From NCBI GenBank assembly GCA_002811645.1, contig PDIP01000074.1, forward strand, positions 1-46,457: a DNA stretch of 46,457 nt, written 5' to 3'. Every line of letters starts with the position of its first letter. Position 1 is the stretch's first letter. The position numbers were made by a program, and so were the translations under genes. Origin of the DNA: Corallochytrium limacisporum Hawaii (Eukaryota; Protista; Pluriformea). This document shows, one piece after another, positions 31,983-43,682 of the stretch. The notes below the pieces were generated by a model. The model worked only from the letters and a program-made list of their open reading frames with translations. It searched no databases and had not been told where the DNA came from.

Positions 31983-34900
31983 CGACTTGGGATATTGCAG
32001 GTCTGCGTGGGGTTTGAAGTATGCTGCTGACGTGTACAGTCACCAATGAATCGATGGCATGCCTGTTCTACACTGCATGCTTCTCTTTCAAGAGCGTGTT
32101 ATCGCTTTAGTACACTCGCTTTGCGTTGAATTCCCAGTCTTCTCTTTGGTTCCCGAAATACTTGACTACGATATGTTTGATTCTGTACCGGGTCTTAGGA
32201 TCTGGAATAGCTGAACGCTGTTAACCAACTTTTCACTGTTCAACATTCGCACCCATTACAACTGCCTTATAGACCTTCCGATCTCTTGGTGGCACTGTTC
32301 AACAGTAAAAAGCGCTCTACGTGTGGTGGAATAATTTGTGCTTTTCCTCTCCCCCGGTCTATCTGTTGACATCGGCTTGACAGGGGGAGGGCAACTTTGA
32401 TCAAGCCCTTTGCCCGAGAAACCGAGTCGGCGGGTAGCAAAAGCTGAGGGGCAGGCCGTGTCCTGCAAACACCGGCCCCAACCCCTGGAAGGGCTGGGGT
32501 GCGGGTTGGCGATTCAATGACAATGTATAACAAAGAGCCCAAGCAACCCTCAAACTTGCTTGACCCTTAATGGAAGGGTAAAGGTGATTTCGTTTTGACA
32601 CAATCCTTGTGATGGAAACGTTCCCTAAAGGTCTTGGGGGAGGGGAGGGAAGGGAAAGGAAACGGAGGCGGTACCAGATAGCGAATACAGTGGTACACAG
32701 CTGGGGCGCATACGAGGTTCCTGTCATCCGGCCCAGCACCACCCTCGCATGTGCGTCGGTGCTGGGGGCATGCGAGTGTAGGTGGTTGTTTTTGGGCACT
32801 TTAAAGCGTAATGAACAAAGCAGGTCCCTTGCTCTTCAACGAAGGATTAGTGAGGAATTGTGATCCAAATCAACTGACGAGCCACTGCTGCACAACGCAT
32901 TTCAGCTGCGGATGACAGGCTCTCCCTGCATCAGACCCATCACGACACGGTACCACAGGCTACGAGTAGGTTAGCTGTGAAGGAAAGGCGCAGGCGGGGC
33001 ACGAGTCAACCGAAGGAAAGAAAATGCTTCCGCTGAGATCAACAAAAAGGACCCTCCCCCATTACTGTCGTTCAAGGACGTCAAAGTTTCTCACATAACC
33101 ACTGCTCATTTGAAATATTGCCTACTGGGAGCATTGGCGCTGGGACTCCGTCTTCAACACCCACACCCCCTAGGGCATACTCAGACGGGCGCTGAAAGCA
33201 AAGTTCGACAGACTCAAGCATCTCTGAAAGAGTTGCGAGTAGTACGTCTATATTCGTAGCATAGGTATTGAAGCCAAAATTATCATACATATGAATAAGT
33301 TCAACTTGTCACCGCTTTCTTGGATACAATAGGTGCATCAGAACGAATACACTACGCCGAAGCAATGTAAAGCTATTTTCTGTTGATGTGGGGCGAGAAA
33401 ACTAAGTGATCCGACTTGATCAGACAGAGTACGACGTAAGCGACCCGCAGAAGTGTGAAATTGAAAGGTAACCTGTCAAACTTGAAGGGTGAAAGTTAAA
33501 AGGGATCCGCCCATTCACAATCTTCGCCTGTGTGTTTGTTTGGGTTCGCATGATCTGGAATGGGATGCTTACTGGTTTGCGCATATGGGATCGCCCATGG
33601 TAAAACAGTGATCTGGGAACGACGAAGAACTAATGCAGCTGCAACTTCCATAGGACGTGATGACGATGGTGATCAGCGAGGAATGCCGTTGCCTAACGGT
33701 ACCCACGTACAGAGCCTCACGAGCACAGCGGTGGGACACTCGTGATGGTCACTAGGTTCACAAACCTATGGCATGTATTCAGGCCCCTTGTTCTGCCGCG
33801 CCACAATCTACCCCAGGAGAACAGTGCTATGGCTTTCTGCCGAGTGCGCCTGAATTTGCGAACGCCACACCCCTCTCCTGTTTCTGCAACAGATATGACC
33901 ACAGTGTAGTAGTACACTGCATGAGAGTTTGGTAGGTGAATGGATAGCAATTGGTTATTGGACCTAAAACGGCGAGAAGAGGATATGGATCGTGCAGCGA
34001 GAGAGAGAGAGATGTCCTTGTCACTTCCTGTCTCCCGCTGTGCTCACCTCCTATGATTAACCCCTGTGTACGATGTCCCGCAGAACGAGAACCCTGTTGA
34101 GATCTGTGCCGCAGATGTTCTCGGCCACACTAAACAGAATCAATGTGGACGCAGAGCCAGTCTGAATCTTGAATTTATGTCTGCGGTTAGGAGGGTCTTT
34201 TCTAGCAGGGCGTGATCCTAACAAATTCTCCGAGTTATGGTGACGAAGACAGGTGGAAATATTCCACTTGTTCATTATTTCCACTGAGAGTCAATCACAT
34301 CGCTCTTGCAACCCTCAACCCAGCACGCTTTGGCCTCCCCTTTCATTAGGGCAACCAATTAAATCTTCTATGATCTCGGTGCAAAATGACTTGTCTGGTT
34401 AACCCACTCCCAGGATCAATCATGCGTCCCGAACATTTCGCATTGTAAATGTATGGATTGGCCGAAGGGGAGGGTCCTTTGCGAATGGGAAAGAGACCCT
34501 CCCCATCAATCACCACATCACAGATCTGCGGCAGCATTTGCTTCGTTAGCACTGCTTGCCGTCCATTCTTGTTGTGAACAATCTTGTGAGTTCGATTCCA
34601 AGACTCCACATTTGGTATTGAATATCAAAAAGAGGACCGGCCAGTGCAGCACTTCTCAAGGTCAGGTCTGTTGATGTGTATTGATGGTGGCATTCCCTTT
34701 CCTCTTTATTTGTGTCAAGTGCGGAGAACTGATGCTCATTCTATCCAGATCCGCGTGTGTGCTGACTGTGTGCTCACACAGCCAAGTAAAGGGAATCGTG
34801 GCATTAATTGGGGAATACAGTACTCCTACCGGTCAGGGTCTGAAAGGGAAGGTATGTGCAAAAAAGAGCCCGGGCATGGTGGACCAAAGGGTACCAGAGC

Positions 34901-35436
34901 GCCTCACCTGGGAACAAAACAAGAGGAAGGCAGTAGCGGCATTGACATCATCCTCTATGCTGCGACTTCTTCATGTGCAGATATTGAGTGAGGGTGTAAC
35001 GTGTGGATTGCGGCCATTGGGTTCTTGACCGGAAAGGATGGCGACAAGCCGAAATTGTTAATAGATTGGAAGAGCCCAATGGGAGTGGCAGTCTGCTGTC
35101 TAGGGTACGCGACCATAATACCAACACTAGAATCTTGCTCCGAACGGATAGTTTGTGTCTTGATATTCATATTCTTTTGTGATTTAAAGAATATATGGAA
35201 TATATTTCTAAACCCGTTTTGCCGTTGATCACCGGAAGAATGTGGTATGAACGCAATGGGACGAAGCGGGACCGGTGTACGAGGTGCGTCATGGGAACAA
35301 GTTCACTGTCGACTATGGGCTGTCCAAAGTCTAAGGACTTCGATGTGACCAGGTCCTTACGATGACAATGACAACTCTCCGCACGCTGGATCAACATCCA
35401 AAAACACAATCCTGAGTGTTCGGGGCGGATACAAGC

Positions 35437-36573
35437 ATGCCCAGGAGAGCATCGAAGAACACGACAGGAGCGTCCAACCAATACAAGGGTTTGCTTTGGA
35501 TAGTGCTTGCGATAGTTGTTCCTCTTTCAGCTTTCTTCGGAAGATACTATTATAGTACTCACATTGACGGTATGGCTGACAGTATTGGAGCAACACCGGA
35601 CAAGCCGTTGCCGACCCCCTTCGGCTTCAAATCCACCGCAATTCAAGTTGTGGATGCTTATGCATCCGAGATGGAGCTGAAGGATCGCACTGTTTTGGTG
35701 ACCGGAGCGAATAGTGGAATCGGACGGGAAACAGCTCGTGCGTTTGCACATGGAGGTGCAAAAGTGGTTATTGCATGCCGTTCCGTGGAGAAGGGCAACG
35801 CTGCTGCGGAGGAGATTCGCTCAACTGAGGAAGGCGCGGAAGTAACCGTTATGGAGCTAGACCTTGCGGATCTGAACAGCGTCAAGAAATTTGCGGATGA
35901 ATATACCAAATCCGGTCTTCCACTGCACTATCTCATTAACAACGCTGGCGTCATGGCGATTCAAGAACGTCAAGAGACTAAGGACGGATTCGAAATGCAA
36001 CTCGGCACCAATCATGTGGGCCACTTTGTGCTGACCAATCTTCTTGTGCCTGTTATTGCTAAGACTGCGGGGGCAAACAAGCGTATTGTCAATGTAAGCA
36101 GTGGTCTTCACAAGCGTGGTGTGAAAGCTTTTGACGTTGAGGATCTGAACTGCACCACACGTGCATATGGGCCCTTTGAGCAGTACGGTGTGAGCAAGAT
36201 TGCCAACATTTATTTCAGTCTTGGCCTGCAGGAACGGTTAAAGCAATCCAAGGCCACTGAAGACATTGAAACGTTCTCATTGCACCCAGGAGTGATCAAT
36301 ACGGAACTGACACGGCATTTAAACTGGTTCATCAACAAGGTTACTCCGGTCTTGTCCAGTATGGGATCCCTTGTTGGCTACAAGAGCGAGGCCCAGGGTG
36401 CTGCCACGACAACATTCGCTGCGATAGCACCCGGTCTGAACGGTAAAGGCGGCGGCTACCTCGCAGATTGCAACCTAACGGTTCCGAAACTAGGAAAGGA
36501 TTGGAAGGAGCGCGTCTCGGGACTGTGGGAGTGGAGCGTTCAGAGTACAGGAGTGGATTTTCCAAAGTTTTGA
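35437..36573 (+). CDS. Retinol-dehydrogenase (RDH11-14/WWOX)-like SDR with N-terminal membrane anchor
   Basis: TGANSGIG, LDLADL, NNAG, TNHVGHF, NVSS, YGVSK, LHPGVINTEL; TM segment LLWIVLAIVVPLSAFF. First ATG 35437. Confidence 0.92.
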   Translation: MPRRASKNTTGASNQYKGLLWIVLAIVVPLSAFFGRYYYSTHIDGMADSIGATPDKPLPTPFGFKSTAIQVVDAYASEMELKDRTVLVTGANSGIGRETARAFAHGGAKVVIACRSVEKGNAAAEEIRSTEEGAEVTVMELDLADLNSVKKFADEYTKSGLPLHYLINNAGVMAIQERQETKDGFEMQLGTNHVGHFVLTNLLVPVIAKTAGANKRIVNVSSGLHKRGVKAFDVEDLNCTTRAYGPFEQYGVSKIANIYFSLGLQERLKQSKATEDIETFSLHPGVINTELTRHLNWFINKVTPVLSSMGSLVGYKSEAQGAATTTFAAIAPGLNGKGGGYLADCNLTVPKLGKDWKERVSGLWEWSVQSTGVDFPKF

Positions 36574-36730
36574 TGATGCCGATTGTGCTTCTCTGGCATA
36601 GAATACATGCGTGCTAATCTTTGATTTTTACAAAATAGAAACGCAAACTTTGAGCGAAGATTCCATTCGTATGTCCTTTTGATATTGTTGAGTGAAATGT
36701 TTAATCGAACAGAGCAAACTCTTTCAGACC

Positions 36731-39202
36731 TTAAAGACGCTTCTTGGGAATTAAAACATCAGCGCGCAATCCATAGAATTGATGAGGCCAGTTGGCGGGA
36801 AGATCAGACCTCGCCGGTGTGAACAGCCATCCAATGTGCTCGCGACATTGACGGCATTCCGCGATGGTCCACGCGTAGCCCGGGAACCACGAATGCTCGC
36901 TGACAGCTTCTCCCGAAAACAGTAGATTTTGCGCGTCACGGAATGTAATGGTGGAGTGAATAACTCCACCTGAATTCACAAACACATTCTGGGGTCCTTC
37001 CTGGGTCATTGTAAACACATCTTTGTGTAACGCGATAACGTTATCACAGCGATGGAAATACGCTTCCGCCTCCTTGGCAAGGTTCAACAAGAAACGCAAT
37101 CTCTGAACTGGTTCCCCGAGGAGCAAAAAGTACATTCGTTCTCGATCGTTCATTCGCACGTGTCGCGCCAGCCAGTACGACAACGTCGTGGGATGTTCCA
37201 GTGGCATATCCCGCAATGACTGGGCATCGAATGATGGGCTCTCCCGTAGATAATTCATCAATTCGCCTACCAGATAGTTAAAGTCATATTCGCGGTAGAT
37301 GAAGGATGGCACTGGACTCAGAGACATCCGATACCATTTCTGGCGATCAATAACGGACTGGACGGACCGATTCAGACTCTTATCCCGCAGTGTACTTTCC
37401 CGCTCCCTTGAGGTCTGTCTGGTGTCCGGTACATTTGTGGGCATATACTTCCGGGATGACCCAGCAATTTCTCGTGGCAGCCGTCTCGGCAAGTGATCCC
37501 TGAGAGCTACTACACGCACAAGACGCTCACCATTCCCAGATACTCTCATACCAACCATATATACCCGCTGACGTACTGTGGTCACCACTCGCATCTGTCT
37601 GGTTCCATGGAGTGTTGCGTTTTCGTAGACCATCCCCTGGCTCATTGTCTGTGAGTCAAACTCTTCGCTATCGTTATGATCAACCGACGTGCGTCTGTCG
37701 CCATCCTGATCGGATAAAAAACTGTCATCATCGACATCTTCATCTCCGACTTCGGCGCTGGCCCCCGGGTTCCTATTGGTCTCACCTGGACAATCCTGTT
37801 CCTGACCGTCGACTTCGTTCAACGAAATTCTATGGTCGTGTTGCACACCATATTCGAGCTGTCTTGAGCGTGCTTCGATGGCCCGATTAAGAGGATGGTC
37901 CACGCCAGGGGATACGAAGAGATTCCGTCTCAAGAGCGCCAAGTTTAGTAGCACGTGGGTCCGAGAGCGAGTTGGGTTGTTACGCAACATCATCATTCCC
38001 TCCACTATTTCGTCCAGTCGAGTTGCAATCATTGACCGCTGATGAGCGTTGTACAAATCCTCTTGCTCCGGGTGACCGAAGATGTCTCGCCGGAGCGACC
38101 GGCGCATGCGAGTCCTTAAACGTCGCTCGCGTGCTCGCTGCTCTGGGTCTGGATGGAAAACACCTTGAAGTTCTAAGCTGACGCCCTGACGAACAAAAAT
38201 TTGGTGACTGTCCATGGGGTTTCGACGTCTACCAATTTGAGCGAAATATCTGTCATTTTCCACCATCTGCGTGTATTCGCTGTAGGGTTCAAGGTGGCGC
38301 CCGTTGTCGTTCATTTCCTGTACAAATTCAAGCTGCGATTGCTCATCGTTGATCAGGCTGGGAAGTTTTCGTTCACTGTGTTCCCACCAGAAAGGCCACC
38401 CAACATCAGTGTCGAGTAGAACAATGGTTCCCGACGGATTTCTGCACCGGTCCATGGCCATTTCCATGCGATCCATTAATGATCCCTCTGTCAGAATCAA
38501 CGGAAATGTCTGACCGGGAAGGGGCATTAGGATGCCACCCAGTTCGCTGGTGAGAAGAGCCGGCAATTCCATGGGTTCAGATGTAGGTATGATGCTTACC
38601 GTGCGGTCCAAAATCTCTTGCATCGTTCCAAGGTACATGTGTGGACCAGACCCCCGGTAAATGGGCCCGGTCAAGATTGGCAAGGGCGATGGTATTCGAG
38701 TACTGAGGTCACTATTGATGCCTTCGCGAGACGATGGCACTACTAAGCTCAGTCGATCTGCAGCAGTATGTGTGCTTGCCGCCCCACTACCCATCTCTTG
38801 GGCTGTCCTTGTTGCAGAATTTTGCCTAGACGCATCCCCTGTCATATCCTCGCGAATGGCGATCGCCCAGGATACAAGAGCCAAAATATCATTGAAACTT
38901 TGAGAGGTTATTGAGCGCTCTTGCCCGTTGTTTGTGTTCGTATTATTTCTGTGTCCGTTGCCGTTGTCATTGTCAGACATATCTGCGCGGGAAGATGGCA
39001 ACTGCTGTCCCACGGCCGAGCGTGACCAGAATATACTCTGCCAATCATCACGAGACGTGTCCTCCATTTCCTCTTCCATAAGATCTGCGGACAGCTCATC
39101 CGGCGCATCAACTAACTCTCCAGCAGAATTCGGGTCAGACGGACTAGACCTGGCGCTGCTAGCGTCGCGCAGCGGCTGTGGTTCGTCCTCATGGTGGACC
39201 AT
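36731..39202 (-). CDS. CRBN: Cereblon homolog (split Lon-N-like region plus C-terminal CULT domain)
   Basis: HMYLG..LMPLPGQTFPL, LSYWLA..L..QRLR, and CULT motifs FVNSGGVIH..EHSWFPGYAWTIAECRQCREHIGWLF..FYGL. Confidence 0.88.
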   Translation of the reverse strand: MVHHEDEPQPLRDASSARSSPSDPNSAGELVDAPDELSADLMEEEMEDTSRDDWQSIFWSRSAVGQQLPSSRADMSDNDNGNGHRNNTNTNNGQERSITSQSFNDILALVSWAIAIREDMTGDASRQNSATRTAQEMGSGAASTHTAADRLSLVVPSSREGINSDLSTRIPSPLPILTGPIYRGSGPHMYLGTMQEILDRTVSIIPTSEPMELPALLTSELGGILMPLPGQTFPLILTEGSLMDRMEMAMDRCRNPSGTIVLLDTDVGWPFWWEHSERKLPSLINDEQSQLEFVQEMNDNGRHLEPYSEYTQMVENDRYFAQIGRRRNPMDSHQIFVRQGVSLELQGVFHPDPEQRARERRLRTRMRRSLRRDIFGHPEQEDLYNAHQRSMIATRLDEIVEGMMMLRNNPTRSRTHVLLNLALLRRNLFVSPGVDHPLNRAIEARSRQLEYGVQHDHRISLNEVDGQEQDCPGETNRNPGASAEVGDEDVDDDSFLSDQDGDRRTSVDHNDSEEFDSQTMSQGMVYENATLHGTRQMRVVTTVRQRVYMVGMRVSGNGERLVRVVALRDHLPRRLPREIAGSSRKYMPTNVPDTRQTSRERESTLRDKSLNRSVQSVIDRQKWYRMSLSPVPSFIYREYDFNYLVGELMNYLRESPSFDAQSLRDMPLEHPTTLSYWLARHVRMNDRERMYFLLLGEPVQRLRFLLNLAKEAEAYFHRCDNVIALHKDVFTMTQEGPQNVFVNSGGVIHSTITFRDAQNLLFSGEAVSEHSWFPGYAWTIAECRQCREHIGWLFTPARSDLPANWPHQFYGLRADVLIPKKRL

Positions 39203-40214
39203 GTTGTGTATCGTCTAAGTCTTCGCTTTCAAAACAACCGTCCCGAAACATACACCGACATAGTGGCAACGAAGGTGACCACATCCTCAGCTCAAGGGTC
39301 CGGACGCTTGGATGTGTGCTTTCATTACATCTATTATAACGGGGAGTATCTCATTCGGGGTAGGTCGTGGTTGTACCTGCAGGTATTGTAGTAACCATCT
39401 AGATACCTGAACTTCCGTATATGACACGCCCCATGAACTGTTTCCCTGTTCCTTCGGACTACCGGTACAAACCCCGGTTTGCGCAGACACATCATTCGGT
39501 CGCATTATGGGACGTTAACAGGAATCAGATTCATTCGTTTCCCAAGCCTTGCGGCTGCTACCTTTCTATGACGTACATCCCATCTGGCAGCTGTGCGCGA
39601 TGCCAACCCTCTGCACAGTTGCGGCACCATGGAATTTCCCTTCTGTGTTCCTACGCAGACACACTTTCCATGGGTTGGCAAAAAGTTCGTGCATGTAGCA
39701 AAAGCACACACCTATGATCGTGGTATGCTGTGACGAGCTGGCGGGTGACCGATGAGGGTTTCTAAGAATTGCACAGATACCAGATACATTGCGAAGTCGA
39801 AGGAAAATCGTCCTATACTCTCAGTACTGCAGTGCGAGGAAACGAGGATGCGTCTCACTATCGCTCTGCCGGGACGTATTTTTCACTGCTGTTGTCCGCA
39901 CCCTGCAATCGGTCCCGCAAAACAGCCAAAACCCGGGGCCTACTTTGCACCGAAATTTGGCCGGTCCGGATGACCCTTGGAATCGTCACATTGTAAGGAG
40001 TAGGGGCGAGGAACCGTCCCAATAGTTCTGGTGACTTCAGGCGGAGCCACAACTATAGTGAGTATATTCTTTAACCGATAAAAATAACGAAATGATGACG
40101 ATATTTCATGCAATGCCCATTATAGAATGCAAAGGCATGAACAGTTGGCAGTCGCCCTTGCTCTTTGGAATACGTGTCAAATGGATTGTTGAGGATGTGT
40201 GACCAACAGCTGCA

Positions 40215-40763
40215 CTATGCGAGGTCAAAATCATCTAGTTGATCATTGTACTGCATTACGTGACGCTTAATCTTGGAAGTGTCTACCCATGTGATGAAGT
40301 CCTCTACCGCCCGAGGAACGAGATAGGCGGGGTCTGTTACTGTAGATGGGCCAATACGCACATGACCGTGCTGGACCAGAGTCACTGCCTCTTTCATGGT
40401 CTCTGCCATTTTCAGATGCACCAAAACTACGGGTAGGCGTCGACGGCAGAAAGATGAGGCAGTGATTTTACTTGCATCTACCATTGACGTGCGGTTATTG
40501 CTCAGACCCATGCGGTAGAGCTTATCGAGCATGGCAGTGGTTGTATGGATGCGAAACGGGTCATTTGTGTCGAGCCTCGACAGCAAGCTTACCATTTTCT
40601 TGATCTGCCCCACTAGCTTATTGTACTTCACATAGTCTTCTCGGTCCTGAATGTGATATCTTCGCAAAATCTTTACCTCCCGGAGGTTCTGGTCTCCCTT
40701 CCATTCATAAAAATCAATCTTCTTAAGCAACTTCTGCTCATGGTATTTCAGTTTCCGTACCAT
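40215..40763 (-). CDS. IMP3: U3 snoRNP protein IMP3
   Basis: MVRKLKYHEQKLLKKIDF, SSFCRRRLPVV, S4 domain, FITWVDTSKIKRHV..YNDQLDDFDL. Confidence 0.97.
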   Translation of the reverse strand: MVRKLKYHEQKLLKKIDFYEWKGDQNLREVKILRRYHIQDREDYVKYNKLVGQIKKMVSLLSRLDTNDPFRIHTTTAMLDKLYRMGLSNNRTSMVDASKITASSFCRRRLPVVLVHLKMAETMKEAVTLVQHGHVRIGPSTVTDPAYLVPRAVEDFITWVDTSKIKRHVMQYNDQLDDFDLA

Positions 40764-41391
40764 TATGTCCGTGAATGGCGAACTTTTCTACACTTGGAAG
40801 CATGCTACGTCTTCCACTGGGAAATTCACTGAGGACAACTTGTTTTTTCGCGATCATCTTGTTCGCGCACAAAATACCTTTTAGAAATGGACACATTTGT
40901 GCTCTTAGAACAATTCATGAGCTCCCAGGTACTTACTTTTCCGTCCCCAACTCTATCCAGTGCGGGACCCGCGTGGCTGGAAGACGGGAGGGAGATTTGG
41001 CAGCCTGCGAAAGGGGGGAGGGAGGCACTGTCTAGTCGCCCTGCCCTTCCCCAAGCACACGAACAGCGCCACCGAGGATCTCGTTGTCGGGGCCATAAGT
41101 CGGTTCTTAAGCTTTGGATTAACTTCGCGGACCTAGCACTACGTACACAGTTTTCACAAAACTAATTGCAACTTCCATTCTTTCTGATGATTGTTGAGGA
41201 AAGGTACCAATATGCATGGGTATTTATTTGGTGCAATTAACGATGTAGTTGCCGTATTTAAGCGAAATCACATTACTCGAGGACACAGTTTAGACGGGAC
41301 TGACATTGTTCCCATACTTGCATGGTATAGATTTAATATTCTACGGAGTCGCGCCCTTTTAATTCTTAGTTTTCGATTGCAAGTAATCATC

Positions 41392-41793
41392 ATGGCCGAT
41401 GACTACGAGGAGGGCGGTGTTGGTGGTTACGAAGATGAGTTTGGCGAGGACGAAGAATTCTATGCGGGCGACGACGACATCATTGCAGACGCTTATGATA
41501 ACAATGTAGTTACCAGTGGACAGGAGCCCAAAGACGGAGCACCCCGCCTTGCTACCACTCGTACGACAACAAAGTATCTGACAAAGTATGAGAGGGCAAG
41601 GGTTTTAGGAACTCGTGCATTGCAGCTCAGTATGAGCGCACCGCCAATGGTGCATCCCGGTTCGCTAACAGATCCTCTAGAGATTGCTATGCTCGAATTG
41701 AAGGAACGGAAATGTCCTCTGATCATTCGCAGGTATCTTCCCGATGGGTCTTATGAAGACTGGAAGGTATCAGAACTTTATTTTGAAGCGTAA
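41392..41793 (+). CDS. POLR2F: RNA polymerase I/II/III shared subunit RPB6 (RPABC2)
   Basis: [25 protein letters not shown]...[31 protein letters not shown]; acidic N-terminus from ATG 41392. Confidence 0.97.
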   Translation: MADDYEEGGVGGYEDEFGEDEEFYAGDDDIIADAYDNNVVTSGQEPKDGAPRLATTRTTTKYLTKYERARVLGTRALQLSMSAPPMVHPGSLTDPLEIAMLELKERKCPLIIRRYLPDGSYEDWKVSELYFEA

Positions 41794-42404
41794 ACTGAAC
41801 ACAACGAACAGAACCGAAAATAGGAGTTAACATATTAGTTTTATTGCCTTGCCCTACAGTTTGGGCGTACTTCGTATCGACGTGAGCGCCTATCACGTCT
41901 TCCCGCTACTAGAACAACATATTATGCTCTGTGTAGGTGAATTTTTGGCAATCGATGCCGCATAACGAGGCCTACAAGGAACCAAGGGGCTGTTTAGCGG
42001 GAAAATGGTGCATTGTGCTCCTCGGTTGTATTGGTGCAGGTAACCAGTACTTGGGGGATACTTTTTGCATCGAGATCAGTGGCCATCGTGGATTTGAGGA
42101 TCGAAACCAGTCTAGTGCTGTCTGACTCTGAAGAAAACAAGTCTTATTTGCGATTTAATAGCGGAAGTATGGGTCCATGTTGATGTAAAGCACAGACCAC
42201 CACTCCGGACACATTTTCGTATATGTACGGTTGGTCGTAGTGTATACTGCTATGGTGGGCAATCTACAAGCGGAAAGTATTCCTCTGATATGTGAATCTC
42301 TGAACTCATGCCATTCGTACAGCAGTCCCAGACAAATCCCATCACATCTGGCGCATCGTTATAAGAAACAGGATCCCATTGTGTTCAAGATGATAAACAA
42401 GTGA

Positions 42405-43175
42405 CTAGGATTCTGTATCGACAGTTTTGAGCTGATGTGATTTAGACCGCGACCGACGTCGATTCGCCCTTTGCTGTTGAGCTTTGATGGGTGGATCTAC
42501 CACCTTGCGCACATGTGCATTTCTTTCGGCTAATTGCACCGCCTCTTGTTTAGAAGTGCCTTTACTGATCAGACGGGCCACCAGGCCCTCCCTATCGAGA
42601 ACCTCTTGCGCCTTCTCCACTTCGTGACGTGATGCCGAAATTGTGTTGAGTGCCTTTACTGCTCGGTTGATTGCTTTACGATCTGCATTGCTTGATAAAT
42701 CCAGAGCAAGTAGACTTCTTTCAGCGACGCCTGGAACTCTCTGCTTGTCGAATCCGTGCTTCGGGAGACTGTCCGCAGTGCCCCTGAGAATGCCAAGCGC
42801 TAAAGACGCCTTCTTCGTAATAGCCTGCCCACTTTTGTTTTGTCTAGTTTGCACTCCAGGATCCGGCTTGAAGGGTATATAGATTCTGTTTTGTTCCTGC
42901 CATGCCGGATGATCTGGAGGCAGTGTGGAGCTCTTGCCTTTCAAAATCTTGGTCACAGAACTTTGTGAAATTTGGAACTCATGGCTAAGACGCTCAACGT
43001 TGTAGACCCGTGGCAGTAATCTATGCAACTCTCGGATTTTCTCTCGCTGTGTCAATGGTAATAATTTTCTTACACCACCTTCATGTCGAAGCTGTTGTAA
43101 GCCCCAAAGACGCTGCACTGCTTGTAACCTCAAGCCTATACATTGTCTGCAGGTGTGCAACCACGGAATTGTCAT
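42405..43175 (-). CDS. NGRN: Neugrin/Rrg9-like mitochondrial protein
   Basis: EKIRELHRLLP..YNVERLSHEFQISQSSVTKILKGK matches the neugrin/Rrg9 helix-turn-helix-like motif; basic presequence-like N-terminus. Confidence 0.7.
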   Translation of the reverse strand: MTIPWLHTCRQCIGLRLQAVQRLWGLQQLRHEGGVRKLLPLTQREKIRELHRLLPRVYNVERLSHEFQISQSSVTKILKGKSSTLPPDHPAWQEQNRIYIPFKPDPGVQTRQNKSGQAITKKASLALGILRGTADSLPKHGFDKQRVPGVAERSLLALDLSSNADRKAINRAVKALNTISASRHEVEKAQEVLDREGLVARLISKGTSKQEAVQLAERNAHVRKVVDPPIKAQQQRANRRRSRSKSHQLKTVDTES

Positions 43176-43682
43176 AGTGTGTTCTATACGGACCGTACGT
43201 CATTTTGCATTACAGAATCACATGAGAGCAACGTAAAATGTCCTGGTGCTGCTGTTGTTGTTTTCCAGCGAGATCAGAGCCAGAACTGAATACCTATACT
43301 GCATGAAAGTTTCGTCCCGTCTATACTAGCCATTCCTCCCGCACATAACCCCACCCGGCTGTTTAAGCTTATTTCTGTGTAGGGGCTTCTTCCGATACGG
43401 TGGGTGCCATGGGGAATAAAAGTCCATCGGCAGCGAAATAAATTGACTCCCGTTTGTCTTAGACCCCTTGCCCCCCTCATTCCAACCCCCTCTGGGTTGA
43501 AACTTTTGGCGCCAAGAATACGAAAGTTCCGTGGTAGCAACAGATGCAACAGAAAGGCAAACGTTTTCACCTTACTTGTGGTGACCATGAGACCATGCTA
43601 GGGTAAAAATGAAACAGTTTCCATACTAGTTCTGAATTGCAAACTGACAAGATCAGTCGTCTAAGCTACAGTTTGTGCGGGT

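Noticed and set aside
33081-33290. 69-aa ORF far upstream of the zinc-finger gene
   Set aside because: Somewhat protein-like but short with no motif; cannot be supported without expression data.
34644-35228. Two same-frame ORFs separated by TGA 34989-91 (second selenoprotein?)
   Set aside because: No ATG start, no redox motif or family resemblance, and no SECIS seen.
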